A stretch of DNA of 64,000 bases, from IMG/VR virus record IMGVR_UViG_3300023179_000031, positions 1 to 64,000 of that record; one strand, 5' to 3'. The DNA comes from a virus. Of this stretch, positions 57,869 through 64,000 are shown piece by piece (position 1 is the stretch's first letter; each line of letters begins with the position of its first letter). The position numbers and the translations under genes were made by a program. The notes below the pieces were generated by a model. That model searched no databases. It was given only the letters and a program-made list of their open reading frames with translations, and was not told the DNA's origin.

Positions 57869-58865
57869 TAACTGGGAACTAGTTTTCAAAGAACTAGGGA
57901 TGCAGTACGAGAACTTTGGGGATAATATCTACTCAACATGTCCAATACATGAGGGTAGTGATAATCCAAGAGCTTTTTCGTATTCAGTTAGCAAAGGTAT
58001 ATGGAAATGCTGGACTAGAGATTGTCAGCACTCACATAAAAATGACATATTTGGATTAATAATAGGGGCTTTATCTGCTAAAGAGAATATAGATATTGAC
58101 TTCTCTCAAGCCCTGAAGTGGTCATGCAAACTACTAAAAATAGATAAGTCTTATAGTCAAAATAAAAAACAAGATGTAGAACTAAAAGAAGAAGATGAAG
58201 ATTTTTTCAATGTTATTAATATCTTTAAGTCAGACGTTGAAGAATATAGGCATAAAAAAGTTGACATAAAATGCGATGTATGCTGTCCTTCAAAATATTT
58301 TATAAGTCGAGGCTTTTCTGAAGAGACGCTAGAACATTTTGGTGTTGGAGACTGTTATGATGGTGGTTCAAAACTACGTGACAGAGCTATAATACCAATA
58401 CATGATGATGGTGGTAATGATATTGTTGGAATCATTGGTAGGGCTGTTAAAGATTACATATCACCTAAGTTTTTATTGCACCCAAAAGGTTTTGACAAGA
58501 GGTATTTTTTCTATAATTACCATAGAGCTATAGAAAAAGCCAAAGAAACATCATGTTTATTTATAGTTGAAGGTCAGGGAGATGTTTGGAGATTGTATGA
58601 GGCTGGAGTGATTAATGTTGTTAGCATTTTTGGGAAAACCATTAGTAAACAACAAGAAGAAAAGTTACAAAAGCTTCCAATTACACATCTTATAATATTG
58701 ACAGATAATGATCAAGCTGGAAGAGAAGCTAAGGTTCAGATTAAAAGACAACTAAGCAGAATGTATAAATTAACATTTCCAAAAATGTCTACCAAAGATG
58801 TTGGCGACATGACAACAGAACAAATCAAAAGTAAGATACTGCAAAACTTGAAAGGAACATTTTAA
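57834..58865 (+). CDS. dnaG: DNA primase
   Basis: CPIH...C..C Zn finger; IVEGQGDV; TDNDQAG TOPRIM motif. Confidence 0.92.
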   Translation: MDLQQIKKKLNDNWELVFKELGMQYENFGDNIYSTCPIHEGSDNPRAFSYSVSKGIWKCWTRDCQHSHKNDIFGLIIGALSAKENIDIDFSQALKWSCKLLKIDKSYSQNKKQDVELKEEDEDFFNVINIFKSDVEEYRHKKVDIKCDVCCPSKYFISRGFSEETLEHFGVGDCYDGGSKLRDRAIIPIHDDGGNDIVGIIGRAVKDYISPKFLLHPKGFDKRYFFYNYHRAIEKAKETSCLFIVEGQGDVWRLYEAGVINVVSIFGKTISKQQEEKLQKLPITHLIILTDNDQAGREAKVQIKRQLSRMYKLTFPKMSTKDVGDMTTEQIKSKILQNLKGTF

Positions 58866-59608
58866 TGGCTAAGATAATTGGTATTTCTGGTAAGAAGCAG
58901 TCTGGTAAAAATACTGCTGCAAACTACATCAATGGAACTATTTTAAAGTCAAAGGGGATGGTTGAAAATTTTTACATTGATGATGAAGGAAATCTTGGTA
59001 TTAAAACAACTGATCAACTTGGTCAAGCTGGTTATGGCATACTAGATGTAACTAGAAAAGATGCGGAATTCGTTGAGTATGCTGAGAAGGAAATGTGGCC
59101 TTTTATTAAGGTGTACCATTTTGCAGACGCTCTTAAGGAAATATCGGCCTCTTTATTTGGTTTGAATTTACAGCAGTTATATGGCACGGACAAGCAGAAG
59201 AATATGAAAACAAATCTTCTGTGGGAAGACTTGCCAACACCAGAGGGTAAAACTGGAAAGATGACAAATAGAGAATTTTTAGAATACTTTGGTACAAAGA
59301 TTGTTCGTAAGATCAGATCAGACGCTTGGGTAAAGGCCACTATTAACAAAATAGTAGCTGAAAGTTCTGAGATTGCTATTATACCAGATGTTAGGTTTCC
59401 AAATGAGGTGGAAGCAATTAAGGATAATGGTGGAATTGTTATCAGATTGCAAAGAGATATATTTAAGTCTACAATAGAGTGTGAAACTGCACTTGATGAA
59501 GATAAATTTGATTGGTCAGTTTTTGATCATGTAATTGATAACCGTGATATAAGTATGACCGATTTTTGCTCTAAGCTAGAGTCTATTAACACAGTTTGGA
59601 GCATATAA
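58865..59608 (+). CDS. Deoxynucleoside monophosphate kinase
   Basis: GISGKKQSGK, FADALKE, REFL..FGT and DVRFPNE. Confidence 0.88.
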   Translation: MAKIIGISGKKQSGKNTAANYINGTILKSKGMVENFYIDDEGNLGIKTTDQLGQAGYGILDVTRKDAEFVEYAEKEMWPFIKVYHFADALKEISASLFGLNLQQLYGTDKQKNMKTNLLWEDLPTPEGKTGKMTNREFLEYFGTKIVRKIRSDAWVKATINKIVAESSEIAIIPDVRFPNEVEAIKDNGGIVIRLQRDIFKSTIECETALDEDKFDWSVFDHVIDNRDISMTDFCSKLESINTVWSI

Positions 59609-60630
59609 TGCTAGTAACATATATAAGATCATCTAGTTACAACAATTATTCATATTGCCAAATGCAATATTTTATTACGTATGTTCTTGGTCATCAACCA
59701 GCTAGTGGGAAAAAGGCTGAACTAGGAACTATAGTACATAAAGTAATGGAAGTTCTTGCCAAACTAAAAAAGGAGATGCAAGATAATCCTAAAAAACTAA
59801 AGCTTGTAGTTGAAGATGATGCCGTAGGGAAAATAGACATCAAAAAAACAGAGTTGTTTACAAAGGCATTAGTTGATGATTTAATCAAAAGAAGCTTTCA
59901 TTTCTACACCAAAGACTCTGCACATTCATTTTCTAAAGCAGATAATGGCAACTGTGGCGAATTAGTTTGGAATACATTGAAATATAATGATGGACAGTTT
60001 GACCCTAGAAATAGAAAGATTATTGCAGCAGAGCCACATTTCGATATACCAATTGAAGAAGATTGGGCTAAGTATACTTATAAAATGCCAGATGGAAACA
60101 TTGTAAACGGTCAGCTTGCTATCAAGGGAACAATAGACCTAGTAACTGAAACGCAAGAGGGTATTATTGAAGTAATAGATTGGAAGACAGGTAAAAGACT
60201 AGATTGGGCCACCGGAGAAGAAAAAACGTATGAAAAGCTATGCTCAGACCCCCAGTTGCTACTATATAACTATGCTATATCAAAGCTATTTCCACAGTAT
60301 CACCAAACTATTATGTCTATATTTTTCATTAAGGATGGAGGACCATTCTCCATGTGTTTTGATAAATCAGACCATACAAAGTTTCTTAACATGCTGAAAG
60401 AGAAATATCAACATATTAAGCAAAATGATACTCCAAAACCCATTTCTGTTGACAGAAGTAGCTGGAAATGCACCAAATTGTGCCACTATTGCAAAAATAA
60501 GTGGCCCGATACTGATACTAATATGTGTATGTACATAGAGGACCACCTTAAGAAGAATGGTATGGAAAAGACCATTGAGCATTGTACTAGGGATGGTTTT
60601 GATATCGGTTTTTATTCTGCTCCGGGTTAA
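59608..60630 (+). CDS. Cas4-like PD-(D/E)XK exonuclease
   Basis: C..QY, GTIVH, GTIDL, IDWKTG, QL..Y and C-terminal C..LC.YC. Confidence 0.85.
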   Translation: MLVTYIRSSSYNNYSYCQMQYFITYVLGHQPASGKKAELGTIVHKVMEVLAKLKKEMQDNPKKLKLVVEDDAVGKIDIKKTELFTKALVDDLIKRSFHFYTKDSAHSFSKADNGNCGELVWNTLKYNDGQFDPRNRKIIAAEPHFDIPIEEDWAKYTYKMPDGNIVNGQLAIKGTIDLVTETQEGIIEVIDWKTGKRLDWATGEEKTYEKLCSDPQLLLYNYAISKLFPQYHQTIMSIFFIKDGGPFSMCFDKSDHTKFLNMLKEKYQHIKQNDTPKPISVDRSSWKCTKLCHYCKNKWPDTDTNMCMYIEDHLKKNGMEKTIEHCTRDGFDIGFYSAPG

Positions 60631-60644
60631 AAAAGGACATTAAT

Positions 60645-61502
60645 ATGAACGACAAATTGTTAACTATTGGCATGGCGACATATGACGATTATGATGGTGT
60701 TTATTTTACAACACAAGCATTAATGCTATATCATGATATTCTTAAAAATATAGATTACGAAATATTGATTATAGATAACAATCCACATGGTCAACACGCT
60801 TCTTTAGTTCGTGATTTGACCCATTGGATGAGCGGCAGAGGTAGATATATCCCATATGAAAACAAAACAAGCACAGCAGTAAGAAATGAAATTTTTGTAA
60901 ATGCGAATGGCAAATATACAATATCATTAGATTGCCACGTTCTTTTAGCTCCAAATAGCATAAATGCTCTATTGGATTATTATTCACAAAATCCAGACTG
61001 TAAGGATATAGTGCAGGGTCCAATGTTGTATGATGATCAAATTAATTATTCTACGCAGTTTGATCCCGTGTGGCGTGGAGATATGTATGGCATTTGGGGT
61101 TCTAATAAAGAGGCATACGAGTTAGGAAAACCATTTGAGATCCCAATGATGGGTCTTGGTACGTTTTCTTGTGAAACCAAGAACTGGAGAGGATTTAATA
61201 AGAGCTTCAAGGGTTTTGGTGGCGAAGAAGGATATATACATGAAAAATTCAGACTCAATGGTGGTAAAGCTATATGCTTGCCACAATTTAAGTGGACGCA
61301 CAGATTTGGTAGACCAAATGGTGTAAAATATCCACTTGTGTTAGAAGATAGAATTTGGAACTATTTTGTTGGATGGCTAGAGCTAACACAAGATCCAGAA
61401 CATAAAATGATTCGTGATACTTACGAACATTTTAAGAATAAGATACCACCAAATAGTATAGATAATATTTTACATCTAGCTATTAATGAGGTTTTGTCAT
61501 GA
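60645..61502 (+). CDS. GT2-like glycosyltransferase
   Basis: LTIGMATY, IIDN, SLDCH and GFGGEE. Confidence 0.85.
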   Translation: MNDKLLTIGMATYDDYDGVYFTTQALMLYHDILKNIDYEILIIDNNPHGQHASLVRDLTHWMSGRGRYIPYENKTSTAVRNEIFVNANGKYTISLDCHVLLAPNSINALLDYYSQNPDCKDIVQGPMLYDDQINYSTQFDPVWRGDMYGIWGSNKEAYELGKPFEIPMMGLGTFSCETKNWRGFNKSFKGFGGEEGYIHEKFRLNGGKAICLPQFKWTHRFGRPNGVKYPLVLEDRIWNYFVGWLELTQDPEHKMIRDTYEHFKNKIPPNSIDNILHLAINEVLS

Positions 61503-62485
61503 TTGATTTGTTGCCAATCATCAAAGATTCTTTTTCTAAATATAAGATCAGAGATATGCAACTAGACCCCAATGGTCTATGTAATGCTGGATGCTGGTTT
61601 TGCCCAGTTAAATATTTAGGAAACCCAAAAGAATCTCAAGGGCAAATGCCAGTAGATCTTCTTGAGAAAATATTTGCAAATATTGTATCTGAAAGAAGAC
61701 CAGACGGTTTAGTTGATATGGGTTTCAACGGATTCTATACAGCGCATTATAATGAAATACTTATGTACAAGTATTTTGAGGATTTGCTAAAACTGTGTAG
61801 AAAATACAATTTTATTTTTATGGTATTATCCAATGGAACAACTCTAACACCAAAAAAAACAGATTTATTAGTAGAATATCAAGATGTTCTTTCTGGCGTT
61901 TGTTTAAATGTTCCATGTTTTGAGCCTGAATTATGGTCAAAACGTGTTAACCTATCTGAAAAACTATTTCCACAGTTAGTGACCAATATAAAATACTTTA
62001 TAGATCATCATCCAATGAAACTATCTATTCAAGTAAATGGGTGGAATAAAGAAAATAATTGGCTTGACAAAGGTCCAAATTTTCCAGAAGACTTAACAGA
62101 TGAAGAAAATGATAGGCAAGTAGAAATAGCAAAGTCTATGTTTCCACAAGCAAATGTATTTAAAGTATTCCATTTAATTGATCGTGCTGGATATATTGCA
62201 GACGTAATTACTAATAAAAATGCAATAGATCGATATAACGGAAATAAACAAGTTATTGGATGTATGAACTCATATGAAACTGGCGGAAGACCAGTTGGTT
62301 GGGTACATGTCAATGCTCACGGTGAATGTTTTCTGTGTTGCAATGACTACACTATGGAAATAAAGTTTGGAGATTTCAAAACACAAGAATTAAAAGATTT
62401 TTGGGGTAAAGAAGATCATATAAATAAAATCAAAGAGTCTTATGAGACTATTTGTAAAAAATGTGCGTCAGCAAAATACTTATAG
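61499..62485 (+). CDS. Radical SAM protein with SPASM/Twitch domain
   Basis: CNAGCWFC; C-terminal C...GECFLCCND...CKKC. Confidence 0.88.
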   Translation: MIDLLPIIKDSFSKYKIRDMQLDPNGLCNAGCWFCPVKYLGNPKESQGQMPVDLLEKIFANIVSERRPDGLVDMGFNGFYTAHYNEILMYKYFEDLLKLCRKYNFIFMVLSNGTTLTPKKTDLLVEYQDVLSGVCLNVPCFEPELWSKRVNLSEKLFPQLVTNIKYFIDHHPMKLSIQVNGWNKENNWLDKGPNFPEDLTDEENDRQVEIAKSMFPQANVFKVFHLIDRAGYIADVITNKNAIDRYNGNKQVIGCMNSYETGGRPVGWVHVNAHGECFLCCNDYTMEIKFGDFKTQELKDFWGKEDHINKIKESYETICKKCASAKYL

Positions 62486-62494
62486 GAGAATATA

Positions 62495-63355
62495 ATGCCA
62501 ATTCCATCAAGAGATAAAAATGAAGATAAAAACTCATTCATGAGTAGATGCATGAGTGACGCAAAAATGCGTGATGAATATAAGAGTGAACAACAAAGAG
62601 CGGCTATTTGTATGCAGCAGGCAACATCAGAGTGCGATTGCGTAGAAGCTGCTGATTTCAAAATGCAAGTAGAAGTCTATGGATATGAAGAAGATATTAA
62701 TGAGGATAATTTTTACATCCCAACACAAGCAGAATATGAAGATTTTGGCGAAGAAACGGAGGAATGGGATGTTGCTGGAGAGAAACCGGGGTTGTGGGAA
62801 AACATCAGAAAGAAGAAGGAACGAGAAGGCAAAAACTATAAGCCAGCAAAGCCGGGAGATCCAGATAGACCAGATAAAGATGCATTTAAAAAAGCTCAGT
62901 CTGGTGATAGCGAAATGGCTATTGAACAAATAATGAAAATGCACGACCAGCTTATGGAAGTAGTTGCTAAAATGCAAACAATGCAAATACCTGTAGAATT
63001 TCAGGATTGGACAAAAGACATGATCTCCAAGGCTGAAATATATGTTCAGAATGTATACGACTTTGTTAAGTATTATGAGCCGGGTAAATATGAAGAAGAT
63101 AGTGCAGATGCTTCTGAATATCAAGGTCGCAAAGTAACTTTGAATAAGCCATTTAGAACATCAAATGGCCCAAAGAAGTTTGCAGTATATGTTAAGAATG
63201 AAAGCGGAAATGTTGTTATTGTTCGATTTGGTGATCCAAATATGAAGATCAAAAAGAACATTCCAGAGCGAAGAAAGAGCTTTAGAGCTAGGCATAACTG
63301 TGACAATCCCGGTCCAAAGTGGAAGGCTAGATATTGGGCCTGCAAGAGTTGGTAA
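62495..63355 (+). CDS. Modular phage protein, C-terminal DUF6321-like
   Basis: MPIP...FMSRCM; KPGLWENIR; YQGRKVTLNKPFR...FGDPNM...RRKSFRARHNC...ARYWAC. Confidence 0.7.
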   Translation: MPIPSRDKNEDKNSFMSRCMSDAKMRDEYKSEQQRAAICMQQATSECDCVEAADFKMQVEVYGYEEDINEDNFYIPTQAEYEDFGEETEEWDVAGEKPGLWENIRKKKEREGKNYKPAKPGDPDRPDKDAFKKAQSGDSEMAIEQIMKMHDQLMEVVAKMQTMQIPVEFQDWTKDMISKAEIYVQNVYDFVKYYEPGKYEEDSADASEYQGRKVTLNKPFRTSNGPKKFAVYVKNESGNVVIVRFGDPNMKIKKNIPERRKSFRARHNCDNPGPKWKARYWACKSW

Positions 63356-63382
63356 ACATAATTCAAATAAGGAATAAATAAC

Positions 63383-63904
63383 ATGACAAAACAATCAATA
63401 GAAAGTTTATTACAATCGCAGTCTCAAGATGTTGCTGGATATTCTAGCGATACCGTAATTGAGCTACTTAAAAAATCACTAAACATTCACTGGCAGCAAA
63501 CAACCGTTATGTCTGCACAAGCTGTACATCTTGATCGCTGGGGCTATAAGAAGCTTGCGGCAATTTTTAAAGAAGATGCACTACAAGAGCATCAACATGC
63601 TATGATTAATCTTGGTAGATTAGAGTTTTTCGACGCTGACTATCAACCGCTAACAGTATCGCCGCCAGTATGGACTAGGCATGATATTTTAGCAATGATT
63701 AACTACAACCTTGATTCGGTTCGCCAAGCCTCTGCTGCTGAAAGAGCTACAATCGTGGCAGCTAGGAGCGTTGGCGATGAATTAACGGCTAACGTAATGA
63801 TTACTTTGCTACAAGGCTCAGAGGATGGAATTGAGCTTTATGAAGGAATGTTGAAGCTTATTGAGCAAATGGGTCTTGACAACTTCCTAACGCTACAGGT
63901 ATAA
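63383..63904 (+). CDS. Bacterioferritin-like protein
   Basis: H..RWGY.KLA...E..H...RLEF...D..TA...IEQMGLDNFL four-helix pattern. Confidence 0.75.
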   Translation: MTKQSIESLLQSQSQDVAGYSSDTVIELLKKSLNIHWQQTTVMSAQAVHLDRWGYKKLAAIFKEDALQEHQHAMINLGRLEFFDADYQPLTVSPPVWTRHDILAMINYNLDSVRQASAAERATIVAARSVGDELTANVMITLLQGSEDGIELYEGMLKLIEQMGLDNFLTLQV

Positions 63905-64000
63905 TTGCCTGTCGGCATTTTTGTTGGTTGGACGGTATAATAGTTTGATAGCTACTGCATACACATTGAATTGACAAGGAAAGTATATGTTGAACTGGTT

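Noticed and set aside
47077-58865. Inteins or introns in nrdA, nrdB, recA-like, dnaB or dnaG
   Set aside because: Lengths are normal, the frames are continuous, and no intein splice motifs were seen.
59608-60630. Cas4-like gene as part of a CRISPR-Cas system
   Set aside because: It is a solo nuclease within the replication operon, which is common in phages. No cas1/cas2 or array is present.

Overview
This window is part of a large, AT-rich dsDNA bacteriophage genome with almost all genes on the + strand and a standard genetic code. The host is plausibly a Planctomycetota-like bacterium, inferred only from host-like secreted proteins. 1-2.3 kb holds a GC-richer DUF932-like cassette bracketed by paired 29-bp palindromes. 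2.3-31 kb holds many small early/middle genes behind sigma70-type promoters, plus UvsE, HNH nucleases, AlkB-like dioxygenase, trypsin-like protease, ThyX, rIIA/rIIB-like genes, GuaC, dCMP deaminase, SSB, glycosyltransferases, a minimal sigma factor, three tRNAs (Leu-UAA, Arg-UCU, Tyr-GUA) and a tmRNA. 31-47 kb is a probable late module: TM-PAS protein, holin-like protein, papain-like protease, and RCC1/FN3/LamG/BspA adhesins with poly-Thr linkers, with a sulfotransferase-like gene and a glycosyltransferase. 47-64 kb covers nucleotide metabolism and replication (nrdA/B, dut, phoH, RecA-like, DnaB, DnaG, dNMP kinase, Cas4-like nuclease), followed by GT2, radical SAM and a ferritin-like gene. The best candidates for new biology are a PAS-sensor/holin/cysteine-protease lysis cassette, recombinase-site-like paired palindromes, and mucin-like adhesins that may be glycosylated or sulfated and swapped at their Thr linkers. 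All family calls come from motif recognition by eye; no database searches were run.
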